A stretch of 35,887 nt of DNA from an uncultured Clostridia bacterium (GCA_964482715.1 CAYZYX010000019.1:1-35887), one strand, 5' to 3'; shown: positions 8,683-17,566, numbered from the stretch's first letter. Notes: a model not told the origin generated them from the letters alone. Numbers and translations are program-made.

Positions 8683-9694
8683 AATTAGAATTTGTCTCGT
8701 AGGTGCAGGAAGAGTCGCCAGAGTTCACGGCTTTAATTTAAAAACTCATGTTCCTTTGTCAGAAATAGTTGCCGTGGTTGACCAGAATTTAAATGCTGCA
8801 AAAAACCTGGCCAGAGATTTAAATATAACCCGAATTTTTAAAGATCATCAGGAGGCTTTAAAATGGGGCAAGTTTGATGCAGCTGTTGTTACTACACCTA
8901 CGTTTACACATCATCGGATAGTTGTGGATATGGCTCGAGCGGGAAAACATGTTTTTTGTGAGAAACCCATCTCTTTGACCCTGGAAGAAGCCGATTTCAT
9001 GATAGAAGAGTGTAAGAGGAAGGATGTAGTATTTCAGATTGGATTTATGAGAAGATTTGACCCAGAATTTGTTCAGGCAAAGGAAAAGATAAAAGAAGGA
9101 ACTATCGGGGAAGTTATGTTGGTAAAATCCACTGGAAGGGGACCCGGTCTTCCTCCAGAATGGGCTCTTGATATAAAGAGAAGTGGTGGAATGCTGGCCG
9201 AAGTTGCAAGCCACGATTTTGATTGTGTAATGTGGCTTGCAGGAAGCAAATTAGAGTGGGTAGAAGCGGTGGGTGCTAACTTTAAATGTCCGGATTTAAA
9301 AATTAAATATCCCGATTTTTACGATACAGCTGTAGTTGTAGGGACGTTTGATGACGGGAAAATAGGTGTTATTGACATGAGCTGTCCGGTTGATTATGGA
9401 TATGATGCTCGTGTGGAGATTCTGGGCTCACATGGGGTCATGTTTGTAGGTGATGTAAAAGGTAAAGACATTCTTTTCTGTACTAAAGAGAAAGGAGTAA
9501 ATCAGCCCCAGTATTTAAGCTGGAGAGATAGATTCAGGGAAGGTTATATCGCTGAGATGCAACATTTCATCGAGTGCATTCAAACCAATAGATCTCCTCA
9601 GGTAACTGGTGAAGATGGGAGAAGATCACTTGCCTGCGTTCTTGCCTCTAACTATTCTCTTAAAGTGGGTAAAAAAGTAAAGGTTAATTACTAA
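8675..9694 (+). CDS. Gfo/Idh/MocA NAD(P)-dependent oxidoreductase (inositol 2-dehydrogenase-like)
   Basis: GAGRVA Rossmann loop, HVFCEKP, IGFMRRFD, SGG...SHDFD, YGYDARVE. Overlaps the upstream kinase by 8 nt. Confidence 0.92.
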   Translation: MNKIRICLVGAGRVARVHGFNLKTHVPLSEIVAVVDQNLNAAKNLARDLNITRIFKDHQEALKWGKFDAAVVTTPTFTHHRIVVDMARAGKHVFCEKPISLTLEEADFMIEECKRKDVVFQIGFMRRFDPEFVQAKEKIKEGTIGEVMLVKSTGRGPGLPPEWALDIKRSGGMLAEVASHDFDCVMWLAGSKLEWVEAVGANFKCPDLKIKYPDFYDTAVVVGTFDDGKIGVIDMSCPVDYGYDARVEILGSHGVMFVGDVKGKDILFCTKEKGVNQPQYLSWRDRFREGYIAEMQHFIECIQTNRSPQVTGEDGRRSLACVLASNYSLKVGKKVKVNY

Positions 9695-9696
9695 AT

Positions 9697-9972
9697 TTAA
9701 GGCAATTTGGCGATTAATTCTTCCGCAAATTTGCGTCCCTTCAGGATATCATCTTCGGTTATCTGCCGATCCTCAACAGCACAGTTTCGATAAGCATAGA
9801 TAAAGGATATTGCCTCTTTACGAATGTAATCTGTCAACTCTTTTTTTAATTGTTCACGGACAATTTTAACAGTAGCATCAATTTTTATTCCGGTAAAAAA
9901 AATAGCCCCGGCTAAGATTAAAATGGCAACAATAATACCAATTACTCCCCAATTAACCTTTTTTTCTTCCAT
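9697..9972 (-). CDS. Small hypothetical protein with one N-terminal TM helix
   Basis: Strong RBS (GGGAGGAG), own consensus promoter, hydrophobic stretch WGVIGIIVAILILAGAIFF. Confidence 0.8.
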   Translation of the reverse strand: MEEKKVNWGVIGIIVAILILAGAIFFTGIKIDATVKIVREQLKKELTDYIRKEAISFIYAYRNCAVEDRQITEDDILKGRKFAEELIAKLP

Positions 9973-10035
9973 TTTCTCCTCCCTGGAAGCATTATGGAAA
10001 TTTACTTTTGTATATTCTCCTGTTATTTAGGGCGT

Positions 10036-10064
10036 ATTATAAGAGGTGATTTTCAGAATGTCAA
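10036..10064 (-). promoter_or_regulatory. Sigma70-type promoter of the 91-aa gene
   Basis: Minus strand: TTGACA, 17 bp, TATAAT. Confidence 0.8.
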
Positions 10065-10081
10065 GCAAAACCAAACTTCAG

Positions 10082-10846
10082 TCAGCTCTCTTTCCAGGCT
10101 TTTCTCAGTTTTTCTTTACTCAGCAGGACGTAGTCTCTATCTTTCGAGAAAATTTCCAGGGTTATGGTTCCATCGTAATATTTTTTTAGAGTCTTTATGA
10201 TGTTTCTCCATTCAATCTTTCCACAATCAAGTGGTAAGTGCAGATCTTTTCTTTTGTCGTTGTCGTGAAGGTGCACATGTTTAATTCGGGAGTGAAATTT
10301 CTTTATGAATATTTCGGGTGTATTTCCAAATAAACTGGCATGACCTATGTCAATATGCAAAAAAATTTCAGGTAGCTCGTTCAGTATAGACGAGACATTC
10401 TCGAGGTTATCTTCGCTGGTGTCCATTGGCTCGTACATTATCTTAAGGTCGGAGCTTTTTGCATAATCTATAAGGAAGTTCAAACTCTCTACCTGAAACT
10501 TTATACCCTCCTTTGCGGAGAACATTCCTCCTGGCCAGTTGGCATGTACAGTTACAAATTTTGCTCCCAATTCGCTCAGCACTTTAAAATATTTCTCCAG
10601 CTCTCTTACCGCTGTTTGTCTTAATGACCTTACAGGAGAACCTATCGGGAGATACCAGGCTGTATGCCCAACAATATCTAAATTGAATGTTTGCAGGAGC
10701 TTTCTCACCTCATAGACATCGATCTTTTCTGGAACGGCTTTATCTTCCTCCAGGAAAAGATCTACAAAATCAAAACCGTGCTCCCCAATCCAGCTTATTT
10801 CCTTACAGATGTCTTTTCGTGGATTATTGGGAAAACCTATCTTCAT
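10082..10846 (-). CDS. Sugar-phosphate isomerase/epimerase, xylose-isomerase-like TIM barrel (AP_endonuc_2)
   Basis: Metal-ligand pattern YEP...HIDIGH...HVHLHDN...DLHLP...TLEI. Confidence 0.88.
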   Translation of the reverse strand: MKIGFPNNPRKDICKEISWIGEHGFDFVDLFLEEDKAVPEKIDVYEVRKLLQTFNLDIVGHTAWYLPIGSPVRSLRQTAVRELEKYFKVLSELGAKFVTVHANWPGGMFSAKEGIKFQVESLNFLIDYAKSSDLKIMYEPMDTSEDNLENVSSILNELPEIFLHIDIGHASLFGNTPEIFIKKFHSRIKHVHLHDNDKRKDLHLPLDCGKIEWRNIIKTLKKYYDGTITLEIFSKDRDYVLLSKEKLRKAWKES

Positions 10847-10882
10847 ACAGGCAAGTCCTTTTGTAAATATATTTTGGTCTTT

Positions 10883-10912
10883 ATTTTACAAAAAGTGATG
10901 GGTTAATGTCAA
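10883..10912 (-). promoter_or_regulatory. Promoter of the TIM-barrel epimerase gene
   Basis: Minus strand: TTGACA, 18 bp, TAAAAT. Confidence 0.55.
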
Positions 10913-10923
10913 CTTTCGGAGAC

Positions 10924-11010
10924 CTGAAGTTGGGACAGTTTTCTCATGAAGATAGAGGCTCCCGGGAGCCTAAAGGGAAAGGTACAGGCAAAAAGTGTCC
11001 CAATGTTCAG
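10924..11010. repeat. Intergenic inverted-repeat element, copy 1 (MITE/REP-like)
   Basis: Ends CTGAAGTTGGGACAGTTTT and AAAAGTGTCCCAATGTTCAG are imperfect inverted repeats. Central perfect palindrome AGGCTCCCGGGAGCCT (10956-10971). Homologous to 15991-16132. Confidence 0.75.
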
Positions 11011-11021
11011 ATACCCAAAAT

Positions 11022-11049
11022 TTGACATAAAGTTTTAGTTTTGTACAAT
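11022..11049 (+). promoter_or_regulatory. Promoter of the flavodoxin gene
   Basis: TTGACA, 16 bp, TACAAT. Confidence 0.7.
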
Positions 11050-11089
11050 AAAAACAGGTTTGACCTTTGATAGAGTTTTTAAAAATAAG

Positions 11090-11605
11090 ATGAAGAAGAA
11101 AGTTCTTGTAATTTACTATTCCTGGAAAGGAAAAACAGAACTTGTCGCAAGGTCAATTTCCAGAAGCCTTTCCGCAGATCTGCAGAAAATAGAGGAGACA
11201 AAGAAAAGAAGAGGGATTTTTGGTTTTTTATGTGGTGGCTACGCGGCGGCAAGGGAAAAGTGCAGCAACATAAGACCTCTCACCCTGGATTTTTCCTCAT
11301 ATGACTTTGTATTGATAGGTACCCCTGTTTGGGCGAGAAAACCTGCCCCCGCTGTTAATTCTTTTATTAACCAGCAGAATTTCTACGGTAAAAAGGTAGC
11401 TTTATTCGCTACCATGGGAGGTTTCGGAGGGAAAAAAGCTTGTCTGGTGATGAAAGATAAAATAGAGAGAAAAGGAGGGCGGGTTGTTGATTTATTTTAC
11501 ATCAAAACGGGTGGAGTTAAAAAAGAGGATATTGAAAAAGAAGGAGAAAAAATAGGAAAAATTTTACTGAAAAAGATAAAAAATCAGGGGTTAAACTCAA
11601 AATAA
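11090..11605 (+). CDS. Flavodoxin-family protein
   Basis: KVLVIYYSWKGKTELVA FMN loop, YDFVLIGTPVW, GKKVALFAT. ATG 11090 is more plausible than TTG 11060. Confidence 0.85.
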   Translation: MKKKVLVIYYSWKGKTELVARSISRSLSADLQKIEETKKRRGIFGFLCGGYAAAREKCSNIRPLTLDFSSYDFVLIGTPVWARKPAPAVNSFINQQNFYGKKVALFATMGGFGGKKACLVMKDKIERKGGRVVDLFYIKTGGVKKEDIEKEGEKIGKILLKKIKNQGLNSK

Positions 11606-11697
11606 GCCTGTCTGTATAAAAATGTTTCCAGTACTTCTTCCTTGTACCTTTATTCCTTTAGCATAAAATTAATTTCTGTATATTATAATTTTACTTT

Positions 11698-11719
11698 TAT
11701 ATAACAGATATATAACAGA
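11698..11719. repeat. Perfect tandem 11-bp direct repeat TATATAACAGA x2
   Basis: Read directly at 11698-11708 and 11709-11719, in the 236-bp intergenic region. Confidence 0.8.
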
Positions 11720-11841
11720 CGTTTTTCCAGATTTTTCCTAAGAAAAGATAAAGCAAACAGGGTATCTCGCATATTCTTTACAACAATTTCTTGTGTGGAG
11801 GGGGTTTGATATAAAAACTTTACAGTTTTAAGGAGGATACA

Positions 11842-12198
11842 GTGAAAAAAATACCCGAATTTAAAAATGTCACAGTGGATCTTGCCATGACATTTTCTCA
11901 GTACAACCTCCCCCCAATACATGATGCGCTTGTTATTGGAAAACGGGCAAAAATTGGAGCAGGTAGCGTAGCTCGTGCTTTCCAGGAAATGACACCGGGT
12001 ATGTTTAAACTCTACCGGATAGAGCATCCAAAAATTGAGGCATTGTTGGTGAGGGAGTCAGATATTCGCAAAATTCCTGAAAAGGAGCTTATCTCACGAA
12101 TCCTGGCTTGTGCGGAAAAAATTATGGATGAAACAGATTCCCTGCATGTGGAAATAACAATTAAAGTGAGCATAAGGGAGAGGATCGAGCTTGAGTAA
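11842..12198 (+). CDS. Hypothetical protein (118 aa) coupled to the HD-GYP gene
   Basis: AAGGAGG RBS, GTG start, stop overlaps the next start by 8 nt. No family recognised. Confidence 0.8.
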   Translation: MKKIPEFKNVTVDLAMTFSQYNLPPIHDALVIGKRAKIGAGSVARAFQEMTPGMFKLYRIEHPKIEALLVRESDIRKIPEKELISRILACAEKIMDETDSLHVEITIKVSIRERIELE

Positions 12199-14920
12199 GA
12201 GAATCCTTGATTTGGTGGAAAAGATTAAAATATACTCCGAGAAAACCCTTCTCAGAGATGTTATAAGTGAAATAGAGCAGGGCAGCTATATTGGAGTAGA
12301 CTGTGGTGGTGATGTAAAGCTTCTGACACCTGAAGTTTGTGCAAGTTACCCTTTAACGCGCTCTCTGGGTGATCTTCCTCTTATCTCTCCTCTAAAAATT
12401 TCTCCAGATCTTCAGATAGAGGATGCTCTGGAGATCTTTGAGAATAAGAAAAAAGACCGCGCTCTTTTGGTTAAGAAAGAGAAGGTTTTAGGTCTTGTTT
12501 TAAAGAAAAAGGTTGTAGAGAGGGTTTTGAAAGAGATAGAGGAGAAAAGAAAAATAGAAACTTATGTTCAGAGTACTCTTGAGAAAAGTTCAAGTTTTAT
12601 CTTAGAGATTTTTCCCTCAAAAAAAGGGAGGTTTCTACCAGAAGAAGTTAAGATAGTGGGTCCTGTAGAAAAGATAACAGGTTATCCTGCCAGAGTGTTT
12701 TTATCTCACCCCCTTTTCTTTTTCTCAAGAATACACCCTCATGACAGGCAAAAGATAGAAAATATAAGAGAGAGACTCCTTAAGAAAGGGGTGCCCCAAA
12801 GTACCTTCTACCGTTTTTTCCGCTCTAATGGAGAGTGGATATACCTGCAGGAGAATATATATCCGGTAAAAGATGAAAAGGGGAATGTCAGGTCTTTCAG
12901 GATTTTTGTGACCGATGTTTCTTTTTCTTTTCAGGAACAAAAGAAAAAGGAGCTTCTTATTAATTTGCAGAAGACTCTGTTAGAAGGACGACCGGAAAAA
13001 GCACTTGAGAGGGCTCTTTCTTGTCTTGGCAAAGAGTCTCTTTTTCTTGATTGTGGAGCCTGCTTTTTCTGGAAAAGCAAGATGGGCCTTTTTAAGATAA
13101 TTTCAAAATGGGTGGATGAAAGACTTGAGGAAAAATTTGAAAGGATGATTCTGGAATTCTCGAAAGAAGCCTCACAGCGCAGGCTAAAGACTAAAAAATT
13201 CGCACTTGATTTTGTGATAAATAAGAAAAAACCTTCCTATACGGAAGATACAGGAAAAAGCCCCTTTTATGATGATAAAATTTTATCAAAGTTTGGCTGG
13301 AAGAGTCGCTACATTCTTCCTTTAATTTTAAGGACCGATCTTAACACATTTTTGGTTTTACTGAGTCAGAAAACCTCTGCCTTCTCGGAAAAAGACCTTT
13401 CCTTCTTTGAAGAGCTTTCCCCGATATTTTCTGCAGTTGTTGATTCTTTCATCTATCAGGAAGAGCTAAAAGAGCTCAACCTTAGTCTTGAAGAAAAAGT
13501 TCGTCAGCGAACCCTTGAACTTCAGGTACTTTACGAGTTGTCTCAAAAAATAGAACTCACTCTCAACTATGACGAGCTCTTCCGCGAGATGTTTAGACAT
13601 CTCGCGTGTGTTGTAGAGTACGACGTAGGTTGCGTACTTTTGCTTGATGATAATATAAAAGAACTTATCATCTATTCTTTAAGAGAACTTCAATCTCGTG
13701 TTAAAGAAAAGATCAAGGAGCACATGTTTGAAACCGCCATCCTTATTTCCGGAAAAGTTCTTGAGGAGTCAGATTTTGCTGTTAGATTGGTTCAACCTCA
13801 AGAAATTAAAAGGAACCCTCCAGTTAAAAAGCTTGAATCCCTTTTTCAGGTGCCACTTATGTTAAGAGGCAAAAAGCTTGCTGGAATTTTTTTTGTGGGA
13901 GCAGAAAGAGAGAATGCGTTTTCTGAAAGTAATGTCAGGTTGTTTAATACCGTAGGCTATCATCTATCTACTTCCATAGACAGAATTCACTCTTTTCTTG
14001 TGGAAGAACAAAAGCGCCGGGAGAGTCTTGTAGAACACCTGTCAGAAGGGATTATTCTTCTGGACGATAAAGGATATATTTTACTTGTCAATCCTAAAGC
14101 AAGAGAGTATCTTTCGTATCTTACATCAGAAAAGGAAGTGGGGGAGAAAGTTACTCATCTGGGGGGTTTTGCTCTTCATCAGTTGCAGCAAAGGCCAGGA
14201 GAGGCAAGAGAGATAAACATTGAGAAGCCGGAACACAGGGTATTTGAGGTTGAGGCAGCAAAGATAGAGATCAATCCTGAGGCAAAACATATACTGGTAA
14301 CCATTCGAGATGTAACAGAACAGAGGTTAACTGAAGAAAAGATTCGCTCCGCCTTGACCGGAACAATTCATGCCCTTGTATCGGCTATTGAATCAAGAGA
14401 CCCCTATACAGCAGGTCACCAGCGGAAAGTAGCTGAGATTGCCCGTGCTATAGCCGAGCAGATGGGACTGCCAAAGGAAAGGATCCAAGCTATTTATATA
14501 GCTGGATTTGTTCATGACATTGGTAAGATCTCGGTCCCGGCTGAGATTCTCTCAAGACCTGCTCCCTTATCAAAGATTGAATTTTCTCTAATTCAGCAGC
14601 ATCCCAGAATAGGTTATGAGATTCTTAAGCAGATTAACTTTCCCTGGCCTATTGCAGAAATCGTCCTCCAGCACCATGAAAGACTTGACGGATCAGGTTA
14701 TCCACAGGGACTAAAAAATGACGAGATTTTACTTGAGGCAAGGATTTTAGCCGTTGCCGATGTTGTTGAAGCCATGTCCTCCCATCGTCCCTACAGGGAA
14801 GCTCTGGGGATAGAGAAAGCTTTAGAGGAGATCGAGAAAAACAGGGGAAAGCTATATGACCCTCAGGTGGTAGATGCCTGCGCAAGGCTTTTAAAAGAAA
14901 AAGGATTTAAGTTTGAATAG
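12191..14920 (+). CDS. Multi-sensor HD-GYP cyclic dinucleotide phosphodiesterase (CBS-like, PAS, GAF, GAF, PAS, HD-GYP)
   Basis: RDPYTAGHQ, HDIGK, HHERLDGSGYPQGL, ADVVEAM, HRPYR. PAS motifs (IHPHDR...GEWIYL; EGIILLD...VNP), two GAF-like segments, LEEKVRQRT linker. Confidence 0.92.
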   Translation: MSKRILDLVEKIKIYSEKTLLRDVISEIEQGSYIGVDCGGDVKLLTPEVCASYPLTRSLGDLPLISPLKISPDLQIEDALEIFENKKKDRALLVKKEKVLGLVLKKKVVERVLKEIEEKRKIETYVQSTLEKSSSFILEIFPSKKGRFLPEEVKIVGPVEKITGYPARVFLSHPLFFFSRIHPHDRQKIENIRERLLKKGVPQSTFYRFFRSNGEWIYLQENIYPVKDEKGNVRSFRIFVTDVSFSFQEQKKKELLINLQKTLLEGRPEKALERALSCLGKESLFLDCGACFFWKSKMGLFKIISKWVDERLEEKFERMILEFSKEASQRRLKTKKFALDFVINKKKPSYTEDTGKSPFYDDKILSKFGWKSRYILPLILRTDLNTFLVLLSQKTSAFSEKDLSFFEELSPIFSAVVDSFIYQEELKELNLSLEEKVRQRTLELQVLYELSQKIELTLNYDELFREMFRHLACVVEYDVGCVLLLDDNIKELIIYSLRELQSRVKEKIKEHMFETAILISGKVLEESDFAVRLVQPQEIKRNPPVKKLESLFQVPLMLRGKKLAGIFFVGAERENAFSESNVRLFNTVGYHLSTSIDRIHSFLVEEQKRRESLVEHLSEGIILLDDKGYILLVNPKAREYLSYLTSEKEVGEKVTHLGGFALHQLQQRPGEAREINIEKPEHRVFEVEAAKIEINPEAKHILVTIRDVTEQRLTEEKIRSALTGTIHALVSAIESRDPYTAGHQRKVAEIARAIAEQMGLPKERIQAIYIAGFVHDIGKISVPAEILSRPAPLSKIEFSLIQQHPRIGYEILKQINFPWPIAEIVLQHHERLDGSGYPQGLKNDEILLEARILAVADVVEAMSSHRPYREALGIEKALEEIEKNRGKLYDPQVVDACARLLKEKGFKFE

Positions 14921-14993
14921 ACGGTCTTTTAAAGAGCCCAAATATTTGAGAAGGGTAGGTCATTTATTCAAAATTGTTTTAAAAGGCTAAGAA

Positions 14994-15944
14994 ATGGGTA
15001 AGATTTATCAGGATATCACCCAAACAATTGGAAAAACTCCTCTTGTTAAACTTAGTCGAATAGCAAAAGGTTTAGATGCTGAGATTTTAGCTAAACTTGA
15101 GTTTTTCAATCCCTGTGGCAGTGTCAAGGATAGAATAGGTCTTGCCATGATAGAGGCTGCAGAAAAGGCAGGACTTATAAGACCCGGTGAATCAATAATA
15201 GTAGAGCCAACCAGTGGAAATACAGGTATTGCTCTTGCCTGTGTTTGTGCAGTAAAAGGTTATAAGCTTATTATAGTCATGCCTGAAAATATGAGTGACG
15301 AGAAGAAAATTTTGTTTGAAGCTTTCGGTGCAGATTTAATTTTAACTCCAGCAGAGGAAGGTATGAAGGGAGCAATCAAGAAATGTGAAGAGTTAGCAAT
15401 GAAGAATCCTAAAGTATTTGTCCCGCAACAGTTCCGTAACCCGGCTAATCCTGCCATCCATAGAAGAACTACAGGTAAGGAGATCTGGGATGATACCGAA
15501 GGAAAAGTGGACATAGTTGTTGCAGGAGTAGGGACAGGTGGAACAATCACTGGAGTTGCCCGGTACATCAAAGAAAAAAAACCCTCGGCTTGGATTGTTG
15601 CAGTGGAGCCTGCTGAGTCTGCAGTTCTTTCTGGAGAATCTCCCGGTCCCCATCAGATTCAGGGAATAGGAGCAGGGTTTATCCCCTCAATACTTGATCT
15701 TGAATTAATAGACGAGATAGTAAAGGTAAGCTATTCAGAGTCTGTAGAAATAGCCCGGAAGTTAGCAAAGATGGAAGGGATTCTTTCAGGAATATCCAGT
15801 GGAGCAGCAGTTTGTGCAGCTTTAAAGATAGCAAGAAAAAAAGAACACAAGGGCAAAGTTATTGTGGTTATCCTTCCTGATACTGGTGAAAGATATATTT
15901 CCACCGGTCTTTTTAAGTCCTCAAGAAGTCCCGGACATACTTAA
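14994..15944 (+). CDS. cysK: Cysteine synthase A (O-acetylserine sulfhydrylase)
   Basis: [21 protein letters not shown] (PLP lysine), [29 protein letters not shown]. Confidence 0.96.
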   Translation: MGKIYQDITQTIGKTPLVKLSRIAKGLDAEILAKLEFFNPCGSVKDRIGLAMIEAAEKAGLIRPGESIIVEPTSGNTGIALACVCAVKGYKLIIVMPENMSDEKKILFEAFGADLILTPAEEGMKGAIKKCEELAMKNPKVFVPQQFRNPANPAIHRRTTGKEIWDDTEGKVDIVVAGVGTGGTITGVARYIKEKKPSAWIVAVEPAESAVLSGESPGPHQIQGIGAGFIPSILDLELIDEIVKVSYSESVEIARKLAKMEGILSGISSGAAVCAALKIARKKEHKGKVIVVILPDTGERYISTGLFKSSRSPGHT

Positions 15945-15990
15945 TGGCTTCTTCGGTTTCCAAAAAAATTTCTCAAGATTATCTTCAAAC

Positions 15991-16132
15991 TGGGAAAATT
16001 TTTCTCATGAAAATAAAGCTCCTGGAAAAGTAGTGAACGAAGCTCCGCCAGCTGGAATATTTTCCTCCTCAATTTACCCTGAGATATCCGGAAGCCTAAC
16101 GATAAAAGTACAGGTAAAAACTGTCCCAATGT
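15991..16132. repeat. Intergenic inverted-repeat element, copy 2 (longer core)
   Basis: Left arm TGGGAAAATTTTTCTCATGAAAATAAAGCTCC. Right arm 16089-16132 matches 10963-11006 at 37/44 by hand alignment. About 65 extra internal bases. Confidence 0.75.
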
Positions 16133-16149
16133 CATAACGCAGCGGAATT

Positions 16150-16177
16150 TTGACTTATAAATTGCATCTGCTAAAAT
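16150..16177 (+). promoter_or_regulatory. Promoter of the aldo/keto reductase gene
   Basis: TTGACT, 16 bp, TAAAAT with extended -10 TGn. Confidence 0.65.
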
Positions 16178-16194
16178 AAAGCAGGAGGTACATC

Positions 16195-17214
16195 TTGCAA
16201 AAAAGAGTTCTGGGAAAGACCCGACTTAAGGTATCGGTAATAGGTTTTGGAGGGATTCCCATCCGGAAGCTTTCCATGAGAGAAGCGAGAAGTCTGGTAA
16301 AAGAGGCTCTCAATCTGGGTATAAATTTTTTTGATACTGCCCAGGGATATGGAGATAGTGAAGTCAAAATAGGAGAAGGGATAAAGGGAGAAAGAGAGCG
16401 TTGTATTCTGGCTACCAAGTCACCCTGCAGAAAAGCAGAACAGGCCCTGTTACATGTTGATAAGGCTTTAAAAAGGTTGAAGACTGACTGGATAGATCTT
16501 TATCAAATTCATCATGTAAGCAAGCCTCACGAGCTGGAACAGGTTTTAGCTCCCGGAGGTGCCCTGGAGGGATTAATAAAGGCAAAAAAGGATGGAAAAA
16601 TAAGGCATATAGGTATAACAGGCCATAATCCAGACCTTTTGTGCGAAGCTCTGCAAAAATCAGAAGAACTTGAGACCGTTCAGTTCCCTTTTAACATAAT
16701 AGAAGACGGAGAAAAGGAAAGAATGTTGCTGGAATTTTCAAAAAAAAGAGGAGTAGGAACCATCATTATGAAACCTTTGGCTGGGGGAGTGATTCCTGCG
16801 GCTGAGCTTTCTCTTCGCTGGATTTTACAGCAAGGAGTGGATACGGTAATTCCCGGGATGATTTTGTCCAGTGAAGTGCAGGAAAATGTTAGAGTAGGAA
16901 GGAAGGTTCGCCCTCTTTCAAGTGAGGAGCTGGCTGAGCTAAAGGCTAAGGTAGCTTCCCTGGCGGAAAATTTCTGTCGTCGCTGTATGTACTGCGTGCC
17001 CTGTCCGGAAGGAATTCCAATTTATTTGATTCAGGAACTGGGAGATAAGGTTAAAGTAGCCCCGGTAAAGGATATGTGTAAGGAGATTTATGCGAGCCTG
17101 GATAAAACCGTTGAGGATTGTACTGAATGTGGAGAATGTGAGGAAAAATGTCCTTATCAGCTTCCCGTTAGAAAAATGTTGAGAGAAAAGCACGAGCTTT
17201 TGATAAAAAGTTAA
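16195..17214 (+). CDS. Aldo/keto reductase with C-terminal 2x[4Fe-4S] domain
   Basis: LGKTRLKVSVIGFGG, FFDTAQGYG, LATK, IDLYQIH, CRRCMYCVPCP, CTECGECEEKCP. AGGAGG RBS with TTG start. Confidence 0.92.
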   Translation: MQKRVLGKTRLKVSVIGFGGIPIRKLSMREARSLVKEALNLGINFFDTAQGYGDSEVKIGEGIKGERERCILATKSPCRKAEQALLHVDKALKRLKTDWIDLYQIHHVSKPHELEQVLAPGGALEGLIKAKKDGKIRHIGITGHNPDLLCEALQKSEELETVQFPFNIIEDGEKERMLLEFSKKRGVGTIIMKPLAGGVIPAAELSLRWILQQGVDTVIPGMILSSEVQENVRVGRKVRPLSSEELAELKAKVASLAENFCRRCMYCVPCPEGIPIYLIQELGDKVKVAPVKDMCKEIYASLDKTVEDCTECGECEEKCPYQLPVRKMLREKHELLIKS

Positions 17215-17263
17215 ATTAAGGTAGACCCTTATTCGGGTTTATCAGTTAACAGGGAGATAAAAA

Positions 17264-17566
17264 ATGAGTTATACAACAAGAATTTTCTGTGTGGGTTTTG
17301 ATAATAAGGGGGAGGTAGTCAATGTTCCCGGTCCGGTTGATCTTTTCTGTGGGAGAACAGAAGGTCCCACAAGATATGTGGGTTTTGTGGAAATAAAAGA
17401 TTTAAACCAGAAGCCAAGGATGATTGATAGTATTCAAATTGCTATTGTTAAAGGTCGAGATAGAATAACTGAAAGAAGAAAAAAATCAGTGATAGAATTT
17501 GCGAGAAAATTTATAGCCTCAAACTATCCTTATCTTTTTCGTAAGAACCTTCCAGTAAATATTTAG
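17264..17566 (+). CDS. Hypothetical protein (100 aa)
   Basis: GGGAG RBS, ATG start, fills the gap between co-oriented genes. No family recognised. Confidence 0.7.
   Translation: MSYTTRIFCVGFDNKGEVVNVPGPVDLFCGRTEGPTRYVGFVEIKDLNQKPRMIDSIQIAIVKGRDRITERRKKSVIEFARKFIASNYPYLFRKNLPVNI

Noticed and set aside
9994-10200. 68-aa plus-strand ORF
   Set aside because: Runs across a minus-strand promoter and the end of the epimerase gene.
10924-11841. c-di-GMP riboswitch near the HD-GYP gene, suggested by GCCTAA...GGTA and GCAAAC fragments
   Set aside because: I could not build the GEMM core (GGCAAAC-stem-GAAA-stem-GACGCAAA), and the repeat element lies upstream of the promoters rather than in a leader. 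An Rfam scan would settle it.
11683-12027. 114-aa minus-strand ORF
   Set aside because: Overlaps the RBS-supported gene at 11842 and the AT-rich control region.
15862-16137. ORFs 15862-16137 (+) and 15941-16135 (-) across the cysK-AKR gap
   Set aside because: They overlap cysK and the repeat element, lack an RBS and do not resemble a transposase; better explained as non-coding repeat.
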